Below are positions 33,153-42,889 of a stretch of DNA of 64,000 bases, one piece after another. The DNA comes from an uncultured Planctomycetota bacterium (GTDB lineage: Bacteria > Planctomycetota > Planctomycetia > Isosphaerales > Isosphaeraceae). The position numbers were made by a program, and so were the translations under genes. Position 1 is the stretch's first letter, and each line of letters begins with the position of its first letter. The notes beneath the pieces were generated by a model that saw nothing but the letters and a program-made list of their open reading frames with translations, had not been told where the DNA came from and did not search any database. The stretch spans positions 512,001-576,000 of the forward strand of contig CAVTTN010000002.1 in the NCBI GenBank assembly GCA_963737655.1, in the 5' to 3' direction.

Positions 33153-33530
33153 ATGGCGACTTGTACGCCTCCCCCGATCCGCCTCTACATCGGGCCGGAC
33201 AAGCTCGTGGCTGTCTTGTGGTCTCGGATCGACGACCTGCGGCTGGCGAACGACACGTCCCTACCGCTCCCGACCGCTGGCTCGACGATCCGGTGGGTCG
33301 CCAACGGCCTGCAAGAGGTCAATCCCGCCGTCGGGGCCTCGATCAAATCGGTGACACTCGGCCAGGGTGAGTTGTCGATCGAAGGCAGGCCGATCGAAAT
33401 ATGGACCAGGCTCCTCATCCGGCTGGACGTAGGCTGGCTGGAAATCTTCAACGCCTTGGGCGAGAACGGCCATGCATTCGACTCCGAGAGGACGGAGGGA
33501 TCGTGCATCCCGTGCCTCGGACCGGCTTAG
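33153..33530 (+). CDS. hypothetical protein
   Basis: 125-aa ORF starting 6 bp after the XRE gene. Confidence 0.55.
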   Translation: MATCTPPPIRLYIGPDKLVAVLWSRIDDLRLANDTSLPLPTAGSTIRWVANGLQEVNPAVGASIKSVTLGQGELSIEGRPIEIWTRLLIRLDVGWLEIFNALGENGHAFDSERTEGSCIPCLGPA

Positions 33531-34177
33531 ACTGCTTCACCCGGACTCGACACCCCCATTCGTGCGGCGAAATCGGGATTAGCCACCGGGTAGAAGTCCT
33601 CCGTGGGCGTGACGAGATGCTCATACGGGCTTTTCGCATTCGCCCGCTGCTCGGTAACGAACTCGGAGATATCCTCGATGCCGAGCAGCCATTCCTTGGC
33701 GTATCGTGCCAGGACGTCGCCCCGGAGCCCGAGTTGGATCGCACGGCGCTCGATCGGGTTGCCCGAGGGCCCGTGGTCGGGGTCCCATTGCAGCCGGACG
33801 TCGGACCCGGCCACAGCCCGCTTCCATTGATCCTGGCTCGGATATCGATCGGGCACGAAGCTGGAATGGACCGCCTTCCCGAGGATCTCGTCGAAGGCGT
33901 CCCGCCGCAGGCGGACGGCGAGCGTCACCTCCTGGCCCTCTTTGTTGCCCCAGCCCGAGCGGTACATCATCCAGAGGAAGTTCGGCTTGATCCAGGACAT
34001 CCTGCCCAGGCTGAACGCCCCGCCGAAATAGCCGTGACGGGCGGCGTAGTGGCCGATCTCGGGGCGGTACGCCTGGTAGACGACCACCGATTCGGCGTCG
34101 AACTGGGCGAGGATGTGGCGACCTTGCTTGGGCCAGCGTTCCTCCTGGACGAGATAGGGTTCCGTGATCAAGTTCAT
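33527..34177 (-). CDS. DUF4291 family protein
   Basis: VVYQAY, RMSWIKPNFLWMMYRSGWGNKEGQE, VRLQWDPDH, RRAIQLGL. Confidence 0.9.
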   Translation of the reverse strand: MNLITEPYLVQEERWPKQGRHILAQFDAESVVVYQAYRPEIGHYAARHGYFGGAFSLGRMSWIKPNFLWMMYRSGWGNKEGQEVTLAVRLRRDAFDEILGKAVHSSFVPDRYPSQDQWKRAVAGSDVRLQWDPDHGPSGNPIERRAIQLGLRGDVLARYAKEWLLGIEDISEFVTEQRANAKSPYEHLVTPTEDFYPVANPDFAARMGVSSPGEAV

Positions 34178-34263
34178 TAAGTTGCCTTCAGTGGCAGTGG
34201 ATGCGAGGTCCGATCTTAGGCGACTTGCATAACGAAGCCCGACACCTGAGCCTCCTACCGGGT

Positions 34264-35058
34264 TCAGACGATCGACCGCACCACGCCGCCGTCAACCCGG
34301 AGTGCCGCCCCGTTGGTCGCCGAGGCCAGCGGGCTGCACACGTAGACGATCATGTTGGCGACCTCCTCCACGGTGGCGAACCGCCGAATCAGCGAACTCG
34401 GGCGGGCCGTCTGGAAGAACTCGGACTCGACGACCGATCGCTCCACGCCCCGCTGCCTCGCCAGGTCGGCCACGAACGTCGCCACCCCCTCCGATTCGGT
34501 CGGCCCCGGCAGCACCGAATTGACCGTGATGCCCGTGCCCGCCACAGACTCGGCCACGCCACGGGAGACGGCAAGCTGGGCGGTCTTGGTCATCCCGTAG
34601 TGGATCATCTCGACCGGGATCTGGACGGCGGACTCGCTGGACACGAAGACGACCCGCCCCCAGTTGCGGGACTTCATCCCGGCCAGGAAATGGCGGGTGA
34701 GCCTGACCCCGCTCAGGACGTTGGTCTCGAAGAACCGCAGCCAGTCGGCATCGAGGATCTCATCGAACGGTTTCGGCTCGAAGATGCCGAGGTTATTGAC
34801 CAGGATGTCCACCTCGGGAAGTTGGCGAACCAGTTCGTTCACGCCCTCGGCGGTGGACAGGTCGGCGGCGATGCCTGAGACCTCGCCGTCGCCGCCCTGG
34901 GCACGGATCTTCGCCACGGCCTCATCGACCCGCTGCGGGGTCCGCCCGTTGAGGACGACCGAGGCCCCTTCTCGGAAGAGGCCCACCGCAGCGGCGAAGC
35001 CGATCCCGGCGGTCGAGCCCGTCACCAGCGCCCGCTTGCCCTTCAGTTGCATGTCCAT
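34264..35058 (-). CDS. SDR family oxidoreductase
   Basis: ALVTGSTAGIG, ILVNNLG, YGMTK, NSVLPG, LRVDGG. Confidence 0.93.
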   Translation of the reverse strand: MDMQLKGKRALVTGSTAGIGFAAAVGLFREGASVVLNGRTPQRVDEAVAKIRAQGGDGEVSGIAADLSTAEGVNELVRQLPEVDILVNNLGIFEPKPFDEILDADWLRFFETNVLSGVRLTRHFLAGMKSRNWGRVVFVSSESAVQIPVEMIHYGMTKTAQLAVSRGVAESVAGTGITVNSVLPGPTESEGVATFVADLARQRGVERSVVESEFFQTARPSSLIRRFATVEEVANMIVYVCSPLASATNGAALRVDGGVVRSIV

Positions 35059-35136
35059 TGCTGTTTCCCCCCGTGTCCTGGCCGGTCTTGATGGATCGGG
35101 CTACGATACCGGGGCATAGACCACCAGGAGAAGCCC

Positions 35137-35544
35137 ATCGGACGATCTCGACGCAACCCTTGGATCTGGCTCGCCCTGATCGTCGTGGTCGTGGCCCTCG
35201 GGCTCGGCTCACGCCGATTCGGCGGGTCGTTGCCGGGCTTCGTGGCGAACTATGCCGGGGACACGCTCTGGGCGACCGCCGCCTTCCTGGGCATCGGCCT
35301 GGTCCTGCCCAGGGCCTCGGCGTGGGCGGTCGCCTCGCTGGCGATGGGGTTCTCAAGCCTGGTCGAGGTCGGGCAGTTGTATCATGCCCCCTGGATCGAC
35401 TCGATCCGCAGGACGACGCTAGGCGGGCTCGTCCTCGGCTTCGACTTCGTGTGGAGCGACCTGGCCTGCTACGCTGCGGGGGTCGGCCTGGGTCTCGTGA
35501 TCGAGCGGGTCGTCCCGCACGACCGATCCGCAAGGAGGTCATGA
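35137..35544 (+). CDS. DUF2809-like membrane protein; start codon appears as ATC
   Basis: GLGSRR, YAGDTLWA, VEVGQLYHAPWIDSIRRTTLGGLVLG..F.WSDL..Y; AGGAG 6 nt before an in-frame ATC. Confidence 0.8.
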   Translation: MGRSRRNPWIWLALIVVVVALGLGSRRFGGSLPGFVANYAGDTLWATAAFLGIGLVLPRASAWAVASLAMGFSSLVEVGQLYHAPWIDSIRRTTLGGLVLGFDFVWSDLACYAAGVGLGLVIERVVPHDRSARRS

Positions 35545-36986
35545 TGCTGTTGAACTCGATCCTCGCCGCCCTGGCCTTGCTGGCGATGCCCGAAGACGGG
35601 CTGAAATCCGACGGCCCGTTCGCCCAGCGGGGCTACTACATCACGCTCATGCGGATGCCGACCTACGACCTGGCCGACTGGAAACGCATCGTGGACCGCA
35701 TCCACGAGGACGGCGGCAACACGCTGCTGCTCTGGGTGGGCGGAGCCTTCCGCTCGAAGACGCATCCGATCACCTGGAAGTACAACGCCGACCACGAGAA
35801 CGTCCGCAAGGACTTCGTGCGTGACCTGATCGACCACGCCCACAAGAGGGGCATCAAGGTCCTCCTCGGCTTCACGCCCTTCGGCTACGACGGCGTGAAC
35901 CAGTACCCCCTGGATCAGCCGGAACTGAAGGCGATCGGCAAGGACGGCAAGCCGGTCGCCCCGTTCGGCATCGGCTGCTGGGGCTACAACCTCTGCCCGT
36001 CGAGGCCCGAGTCCCAGACGTTCATGCTGGAGTACGCCCGTGAGATGGCCTTCGACTTCTACCCCAACGCCGACGGCCTCCTGATCGAGTCGTCCGACTA
36101 CGCCATCTGCCACTGCAAGGACTGCGGCGGGCGCTTCTTCGAGAAGGAGTTCGAGTTCGTCAGGCGAATCTCGGAAGAGGTTTGGCAAAAGAAGCCCGAG
36201 GCCACCATCGTGGTCTTCCCGCACTATTTCAGCGGGTCCGAGGTTCCCGGCTTCGGGGTGAAGGCGGCGAGGCTGCCCTTCGACCCCCGCTGGTCGCTGG
36301 TGTTCTCCCCGCACAGCGCCCACCCCGAGCCGGACCTGATCAAGCAGGCGAAGACCAGCCTGTGGTGGGACGACTCGCCCGCCCTGCGAAGGCCCCAGGA
36401 GATCCGGGCCGGTGCCCGGCGGGCCAGGGAGATCGGGGCGACGGGCTACGTCCCCTCGCTGGAGGCGTTCACCTTCGTGGCGACGGAGCCCGAGGAGGGC
36501 CAGGCATGGCTCCGGGGGAAGCGGCAGGTGCCGCTGGGATTCGGCTGGCTGGAGTCCGGCGACCCGCCCTACGACGAGTTGCCGATGCGGGTCAACCGGG
36601 TCGCCTACCGGGAGTTCAGCCGCAACCCCGACCTCTCGTTCGAAGTGTACAAGGAGATCCTGGGCAAGGAAGTCTTCGGGGCTGCCTCAACCCCTCAAAT
36701 CGTCGATGACGTGCTGGAACTCCAAGCGGCCCTCAATTTCGAGCGGACCTGGTGCCAGCCCTCGCCGCTGACCAGCCCCGAGCGGGTCCGGGCGATGAAA
36801 GCTCGGGGAGACCTGACGCCGAAGAAGCGGGCGGACTACCGGGCCGCATCGGAGCGGCTTCGGGAGATCGAACGGAGGCATCGGGATTCGAAATCGGACG
36901 GCGAGAACGAACTCCATCGGATCGCCGGTTGGATGCTCGATCGGTGGGCGGGCGAGGATGGGAGGCTGCTCGACGCCGCCCGCTGA
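35541..36986 (+). CDS. secreted glycoside-hydrolase-like TIM-barrel protein, family uncertain
   Basis: AAGGAGG RBS; hydrophobic N-terminus; PFAQRG; LIDHAHKRGIKVLLG; LCPS; CHCKDC. Confidence 0.65.
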   Translation: MMLLNSILAALALLAMPEDGLKSDGPFAQRGYYITLMRMPTYDLADWKRIVDRIHEDGGNTLLLWVGGAFRSKTHPITWKYNADHENVRKDFVRDLIDHAHKRGIKVLLGFTPFGYDGVNQYPLDQPELKAIGKDGKPVAPFGIGCWGYNLCPSRPESQTFMLEYAREMAFDFYPNADGLLIESSDYAICHCKDCGGRFFEKEFEFVRRISEEVWQKKPEATIVVFPHYFSGSEVPGFGVKAARLPFDPRWSLVFSPHSAHPEPDLIKQAKTSLWWDDSPALRRPQEIRAGARRAREIGATGYVPSLEAFTFVATEPEEGQAWLRGKRQVPLGFGWLESGDPPYDELPMRVNRVAYREFSRNPDLSFEVYKEILGKEVFGAASTPQIVDDVLELQAALNFERTWCQPSPLTSPERVRAMKARGDLTPKKRADYRAASERLREIERRHRDSKSDGENELHRIAGWMLDRWAGEDGRLLDAAR

Positions 36987-37200
36987 AAGCCCGGCGAAGA
37001 AGGCCCGCCCGTCGGTGACGACACGTCGAGCCTGAGTATCCCGATGACGATGGGCCGGAGTCGGTCGAGTTCGACGAGGGCCGAAGCTCGGCGATCCGGC
37101 GGACGATCCATCTACCACTATTGTAATTCGATCTCCAGGACGTTGGGGTCGGCGGATTCGGCTTTTCGAGGCGACGAAGGTCGGGGTGGCCTCGGCGAGA

Positions 37201-38166
37201 TCACGTCCTCTTCCTCGAACGGGACGACATGATCCCCAAGGACATCCTCTTGGTCTCGACGGCTGAGGCGGTCCGGCTCAGCCTCTCGGCGACGGCACGG
37301 TCCGTGTCGGTCCCCAGCAGGGCGATCTCTTCGTCGCTCCAGCGGGCGACGAAGGGCTCGATGCCGAGCAGTTCCCGCTTCTTCCGCACCGCCGCAGTCC
37401 TCTTCCCCAGCCGCACGGCGATCTCACGGTCCTTGGCCGTTCCCAGCAGGGCGACCTCCTCGGGGCTCCAGCGATCCACGAGGCCGGGGATGCCGAGCCG
37501 ACGCCGCTTGTTCTCGACGACGTGCCTGGAGACCCCCAGCCGCTCGGCGATCACCGAGTCGTTGTCGGCCCCAAGCGAGGCGATCTCCTCCTCGGTCCAG
37601 CGGTGGCATGCGGGCAGCCCGTGCTCCTCGGCGTTCTCCCAGAACTCCTTCATCCTGGACGACATCGCCCGCTTCCAGGACTCCGGCCTGGGCTTGCTGA
37701 CGGCCACACGCTGGGCGGCGACCATGTTCGGATGCAGCGGCCTGCCGACCTTCGCCGCCCGGATCTTCTCCCGGACCTCGGGCGTCCCCATCGCCTGCCT
37801 GCCCATCGCCCGCACGTCGTCGGTCAGCTTCTCGGGCGTGTAGGCGACGGCCAGCCTGCGGGTCCCCTCGGTCGTCCTCGGGACCTCCAGGGCACGACGC
37901 CAGTTCTTGACGGTGGCCGGGCTGACGCCCCAGTGATGGGCGACAGCGATCTCCGATTCGGCCTGGACCGCCCGGATCAGGTCGCCGCAGACGATGCAGG
38001 AGGGACGCCCGACCCCCTTTCGATAGGGCCACTGAATCGGGGCCTCGGTGATGCCGCCCACGACGACTTCCCTGCCCCGGTACTCGCAGGGCAGCTTGTC
38101 GCCGACCCGGCAGCTCGGAGGGGCGTACGGTCCGTGATGTAACCTGTAGCGATCGGCGTCCCTCAT
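37201..38166 (-). CDS. multi-HTH DNA-binding protein with three Myb/SANT-like repeats
   Basis: Three copies of W[TS]xEExAxLG...D..[IV]A.RL......V..KR..LGI; N-terminal VAHHWGVSPATVKNWRR HTH. Confidence 0.75.
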   Translation of the reverse strand: MRDADRYRLHHGPYAPPSCRVGDKLPCEYRGREVVVGGITEAPIQWPYRKGVGRPSCIVCGDLIRAVQAESEIAVAHHWGVSPATVKNWRRALEVPRTTEGTRRLAVAYTPEKLTDDVRAMGRQAMGTPEVREKIRAAKVGRPLHPNMVAAQRVAVSKPRPESWKRAMSSRMKEFWENAEEHGLPACHRWTEEEIASLGADNDSVIAERLGVSRHVVENKRRRLGIPGLVDRWSPEEVALLGTAKDREIAVRLGKRTAAVRKKRELLGIEPFVARWSDEEIALLGTDTDRAVAERLSRTASAVETKRMSLGIMSSRSRKRT

Positions 38167-38193
38167 GGCGATCGTCCCCGCCTCGGCCCATGC

Positions 38194-38865
38194 TCACGGA
38201 CCCGGACGCCGGTCGTAGGTCATGTTGGTCCGCAGGATGGTCGGCTCGACGATCGTGGGGCTTGCCGCCTCGAAGTCGTCCGGCAGGAACCAACTCCCAG
38301 ACAGGTGCATCTGGAGGAATCGGGATTGCGGCGACTCCAGCCAGGCTTCGAGATCGGATCTCCCGGAAGCGTCCAGGGCGGGCTCGATGAGCGGGAGCGG
38401 GAGCACCGCCCCTCGGTTCGCCCGCCCGTCCAGGACGACGGCGATCCGTCGAGGGTTGATCACGACCGTCGTCCCCCGCCGGTCCGGGCGTGACCGCCAG
38501 ATCTGCACGGCATCTTCGACGACGGCCTCGATGTATTCCTTCGGCAGTTGCCGGAGGATCTGCTCATGCACCTCGATCGCCAGCGAGGTCGGTGGCTGCC
38601 GGGAGGCCGGGGTGCCTCGCTCGACCCGGTGTTCGTCGAGGTGATACCAGACGTGGATTCCACGCAGGGCACCGTCCTCGGTGAAGGCTTCGGTCCGGTC
38701 GATCACGAATTGCGGATGGTCTCCGAACCAATGATCGATGGTCCGGCGGAGCAGCGATTCCGCCCGATCCGGTGCCGGTAGGCGGTCGATGAGCCTGACA
38801 TCGACCCAGCCGGGTCCCATCTCGATCACGACGGTCGTCACGTCGCCTTCGGGGGGCGTGGGCAT
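38194..38865 (-). CDS. hypothetical protein
   Basis: ATG after AGGAGG; 223 aa; forms the 3' part of the 373-aa track ORF. Confidence 0.6.
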   Translation of the reverse strand: MPTPPEGDVTTVVIEMGPGWVDVRLIDRLPAPDRAESLLRRTIDHWFGDHPQFVIDRTEAFTEDGALRGIHVWYHLDEHRVERGTPASRQPPTSLAIEVHEQILRQLPKEYIEAVVEDAVQIWRSRPDRRGTTVVINPRRIAVVLDGRANRGAVLPLPLIEPALDASGRSDLEAWLESPQSRFLQMHLSGSWFLPDDFEAASPTIVEPTILRTNMTYDRRPGP

Positions 38866-39079
38866 ACGATCAAGCCTCCTCATTTCAACCCTGACCGGCC
38901 CTCGTTTGTCCGCACACGGCGAACGCCCGAGGACGGCATGCAACCAGAGGGTGCAGGCGTCCGTCCGAAACGCATCGGAGCCCGTCCGTGAATGATCTTC
39001 GATAATATCCCGGATGCCTCGAAGGGATACAAGCACGCCGTCTCGGAGGGGATGGGCACTCAATACCCTCCCAAGGCCC

Positions 39080-39366
39080 TCCCGACCGACCCCTCGGCGT
39101 CGTGCATCCTCATCGACGAACCAGCCCTCGATGTCGCCGACCGGGGTCGAGTCGCAGCCGTCGGCCCTGGAGCGGAGGCACGCCTCCAGGATGCTGCATA
39201 AACCGCCGTCGGGCCGCTCGGCGAGGAAGGCCGTCTCCTCGTCGTTCTCCAGGATCTCGCCCAACTCCCGGACCTGCTCGGCGTCGGGGCAATCCTCCCA
39301 GAGGTCACGTCGCATGCGGAGTCACTCGTCCCGGTCGTCCGGCCCGGTGTATCCCCTGATGATCAT
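39080..39366 (-). pseudogene. truncated GNAT acetyltransferase, AAC(6')-I-like
   Basis: MIIR...DE*LRMRRDLW...EACLRSRADGCDSTPVGDIEGWFVDEDARRRGVGR; TGA at 39322-39324; C-terminal third missing. Confidence 0.75.
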
Positions 39367-39719
39367 GTCCCCGCCCCCGGAAGCTCGCCGCCGTCCGGCC
39401 CGTAGAAGACGACCCAGACGGCCAGGTCGTCGGAGAAGTCCTCGAATCGGTGCTCGACGCCCGCCCTCACGAACAGCAGGTCGCCGGGGCCAAAGCGGTG
39501 CCGGTCCGGCCCGTTGACGAACCAGCCCTCGCCCCGGACCACCACGTACACTTCGTCCCGGCGGTGCGGCGTCTGGGCATCGATGCCTCGGGGGGCATAC
39601 AACTCGACGCTCAGGCTCCCATGCTCGAAGGCCAGGACGAAGGGCTTGCCGTCCGGCGTGGGGAGCTTGCTCGTCCATGCGGCGAGGTCGCCGTGGAAGC
39701 CACCGTTCGAGTTTTCCAT
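39363..39719 (-). CDS. cupin domain protein
   Basis: QTPHRRDEVYVVVRGEG, GDLLFVRAGVEHRF, VWVVFYGP. Confidence 0.9.
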   Translation of the reverse strand: MENSNGGFHGDLAAWTSKLPTPDGKPFVLAFEHGSLSVELYAPRGIDAQTPHRRDEVYVVVRGEGWFVNGPDRHRFGPGDLLFVRAGVEHRFEDFSDDLAVWVVFYGPDGGELPGAGT

Positions 39720-39725
39720 AGAGCT

Positions 39726-40250
39726 TCAGCCCGCCTCGAAGTTCCAGAACTCGGGTAAGTCACCGCCGCAGAACTGGCATACGAACCAGTCGTCCTTGAC
39801 CACGTTCCGCTCTCCGCACTTCGGGCAGCGACGGAACTCGATCTCTGTCGTGAACCGACCGGGGTGCCCGACGCCGATCATGTCGAGTGCCCGCCCGACC
39901 GCTTCCCAGGTACACGGCTGGGGGCAGCAGCCCGTCGAGAGGTTCGAGACCTCCTCGACGATCGTCTCCCCTCTCGACGAGAAGAACATCTCGCCCGCCG
40001 GGAGGACACACCTCCCGGCGGCAAAGGCGACGTGCTCCGAGCGGCGGTCGGCGAGCCTCGACATGCCGTCGGGGTCGATCACGAACGTGGCGGCGACCTG
40101 GCCGTCCAACCCCGAAGCGTCCTGTCCGTCGAGCCAGTCCCTCAAGGCTTCGTGGCTATCGATGGGCGTGCCACCCGGTGCGGATCTCTACCTCGATCGG
40201 ATCGCTTCGGGGCCAACGTATCGGTAGAGCTTCTCAGGCCGTGGCACCAT
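39726..40250 (-). pseudogene. hypothetical protein with C-terminal zinc ribbon; in-frame TAG at codon 21
   Basis: LYRYVGPEAIRSR*...RRSEHVA...AGE...VSNLSTG...RRCPKCGERN...CQFCG; stop at 40188-40190. Confidence 0.65.
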
Positions 40251-40749
40251 CATCCCCATCGTGATCCCAAACGGCCAGGCACTTCCGCCTCTGCCAGAAT
40301 TGCTCCAGCGTCAGCTTCGGCTCGCCCGTGGCCCGGATGGTCAGCGGGCTGAGCCGGATGCTGATCGGGTGCGAGGCCCGCCCCTCCCAAGATCCGATAT
40401 CGACGACCTGCTCGCCTCGGAGGACCAACCCGTGCCGCTCCAAGTAGGTCATGATGGCCGGGACCTGGAGATCGACCCCGGTCGTCGCCTCGGCGTGCGG
40501 GTTCCGCAGCCGCCTGGCCGTGGCGAGCAGTTCGTCCAGGTCCTCGGGGTGGGCGGCGAAGTGCTCCTCGTAGCTCTTGTAGTAGACCGACTCCAACGCC
40601 TGGGTCTGGGGGACGAACTCACCGTCGAGGAGGTAGCCGACCTCCCAATTGTCCTCGCCGTATCTGACGTCCCATTCTCGCTGGCGGGCGGTCCTTTGAT
40701 GGAGACCGCCCGCACGCCCGACCTTCCGCTCGACCACCCTCCAGGGCAT
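40234..40749 (-). CDS. hypothetical protein
   Basis: Strong GAGGAGG RBS; 171 aa; NPHAEATTGVDLQVPAI. Confidence 0.75.
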   Translation of the reverse strand: MPWRVVERKVGRAGGLHQRTARQREWDVRYGEDNWEVGYLLDGEFVPQTQALESVYYKSYEEHFAAHPEDLDELLATARRLRNPHAEATTGVDLQVPAIMTYLERHGLVLRGEQVVDIGSWEGRASHPISIRLSPLTIRATGEPKLTLEQFWQRRKCLAVWDHDGDDGATA

Positions 40750-40760
40750 CGTCCTCCTCC

Positions 40761-41545
40761 TCACGTCGATGACTTGATGGTCGCCGCCCTCAGGACGTCC
40801 AGCACGTCCCTGGGATCGCACCCGTAGATGCCCGCCCCGGACGCCTCGTTGGCCTCGACGACCGCCGGGCCGACGCCCCGGATCACCCCGGCGTCGATGA
40901 CAAGGGCGGCGGGCAGGATCACTTTGGGTCCGCCAGCAGCCGGTCCACCAACCTCCTGGTCGCCGTCGCCATCTCGGGCTCGACGACCCACTCGTCCTCC
41001 TTGCGTGCCAAGGCCCCGTGGAGCCAGTAGGGGGACCAGGCGTGGACCCGCAGGTCCCGGACGAAGAACCGGAACTCGGCGACCCACTCGACCGGATCGG
41101 ACGTCAGGATCGGGTCGTCGTCCGGCATCTCCGGGAGTTCGCCACCGCCTGTGTACACCCTGGCCGGGAAGGTCTTCCGATTCGGCGGCTTGAGGAACAC
41201 CAGGCCGGGGAGCCTGCGGGCCTCGATGGCGGTCGTCAGGCTCACCCGCCTCCCGACGTACTCCCCCGGCAGCTTGATGAGGAAGTCCTCGGGCGGCTCG
41301 ATGACCTCCAGGCCAAGCTGCTCGGCGACGGCCTGGTTGAACAGCGGCTCGGCGAAGAGGACGGGCTCCTCGGGGTCGAAGTCCTCGGGACACCGCCAAC
41401 CGGAGAGCCGCATCACGTCCCATCCGAGGGCGATCGCCGCCCGCCGCATCTTGATCGAGTCGTCGGAGTATCGGGGCGAGAGGATCAAGGTCGGCATCGG
41501 TTCTGGCACAGTTCGTCGTCGGTGGCCTTCGAACGGTTCGCTCAT
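40761..41545 (-). CDS. ATP-grasp protein (R2K clade/DUF4343-like); frameshift at ~40922
   Basis: VFLKPPNRKTFPARVY, EFRFFV, then in the next frame VIDAG...VVEANEASGAGIYGCD; ATGA overlap with the upstream gene. Confidence 0.8.
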
Positions 41546-42468
41546 GTTCCCCGTCGGCTTTGACCCGTTTCGTCGGGCCAATGTTCGACGAGAGTCTCGT
41601 AATACTTGGGGGCGTCCGACTCCCTGGGCAGCCCGGACACCTGGCCGTCCCCGAGTTCGACGATCATCAAGTCGCCGTCACGCCGCCTGGCCAGGTCCAT
41701 CGTGAAGAACCGGCTTCGGACGGCGGCGGCGACACCGGCGAACCGATCCCACGGAGGCTCGGAGACGCCGTACTCCCCGTCGGCCCAGTAGGGCGACCAG
41801 AAGACTGGGGACCCATCGAGCCAGAAGGCCCGGTACTCCTCCGTCAGCGGCATCCCGCTCCTGGGGTGGACCCCGACGGGCTCGAACTCGACGAATTCCC
41901 GGAAGACGAGCCCCTCGTTGAGGTCATCACCCTGGAGTTCGAGGAACCGCCCGACGACCCGCCGGACCGCCTCACGGTCCGAGGCCGAGGGGATGAAGCA
42001 CGCCTCGGCCCACTCGTGTTTCCGAGACTTCACGAAGTCCTTGACGATCACCGGAACGTCGCCGAATGGGGCCAGGGCCTCGGTGATCCGTTCCATGTCC
42101 AGGTCGCCGTTCACCCAGACGGATCGGGGCGTGAGGCCACGGATCGCCGGGTAGTTCTCGGGCAGGTGATGGCCGTGCCGGTACTGCTCCGGGTCGTTGA
42201 TGAGCCGGATGTTTCTGGCCGAGAGCGCCTCGTACAGCCGCCCGTACTGGGGCGGCGTGACCATCCAGCCCCGATAGATTGCGAGTACCCGATCGGGCTG
42301 ATGCGGGACCCGCCGGACGGCCTGGGTGTCGTCCGTGTCCCGCACCAGGGCGTCATGATCGACGAGGACATAAGGCAGGGACATCCGCTCGACGACGGCA
42401 GCCTCGGCCCCGAACGCCCGGTCGGGCCGGGAGGGCTCCAGCGGATCACGGCAGAAGACGACCATCAT
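41542..42468 (-). CDS. ATP-grasp protein (R2K clade/DUF4343-like)
   Basis: [47 protein letters not shown]. Confidence 0.88.
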   Translation of the reverse strand: MMVVFCRDPLEPSRPDRAFGAEAAVVERMSLPYVLVDHDALVRDTDDTQAVRRVPHQPDRVLAIYRGWMVTPPQYGRLYEALSARNIRLINDPEQYRHGHHLPENYPAIRGLTPRSVWVNGDLDMERITEALAPFGDVPVIVKDFVKSRKHEWAEACFIPSASDREAVRRVVGRFLELQGDDLNEGLVFREFVEFEPVGVHPRSGMPLTEEYRAFWLDGSPVFWSPYWADGEYGVSEPPWDRFAGVAAAVRSRFFTMDLARRRDGDLMIVELGDGQVSGLPRESDAPKYYETLVEHWPDETGQSRRGT

Positions 42469-42510
42469 GTCGATGCCCCCCGGATGCCGCCGGTACTGAG
42501 TGTGAATTCC

Positions 42511-42710
42511 CTATCGTTCGTAGTGGTCCCTCTCCACGCCGTCGAAACCAACCCGAGTTACGGCAGCACTTCTTGAAGAGGAGCCCGCTGTGGCATGGGC
42601 AGGGGTCGTTGCGACCGAGCCGCTCGTGCAGTTCTTTTTCGCCGTGGACGACCCTGAGTCCCCGCTTGACGTGGGTCTCGCTCAGGATACCCCCTGCGGC
42701 GCTTGGACAT
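42511..42710 (-). CDS. small SEC-C motif protein; two apparent +1 indels
   Basis: [28 protein letters not shown] start and [10 protein letters not shown] end lie in adjacent frames. Confidence 0.7.
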
Positions 42711-42889
42711 GAACTCGAAAGCAGGGCGTGTCGTCGTCGTACTCCGGTCGCATGGGACACCTCCTCGGATCGATGGTCAAAACTCGATGGTCCGTGTGTC
42801 AGGACGACAATCGTCCACCGATCCTGGAGAGACAGCCTGGATGGCGTTGAGGTTCGGTGGAGCGGGAGGCTCGCTTCTCGACGGGCCGA

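Noticed and set aside
34226..34270. Possible integron attC site (minus strand TGAAC...GTTATGC) between the SDR and DUF4291 genes
   Set aside because: Only 28 nt between the boxes, no L-box dyad, not repeated elsewhere, and the integrase shows no recognisable IntI features
39322..40190. Selenocysteine or pyrrolysine readthrough of the in-frame TGA and TAG
   Set aside because: The TGA sits where Trp is expected in a truncated gene, the TAG lies in a linker-like stretch, and no SECIS-like hairpin or pyl genes were seen
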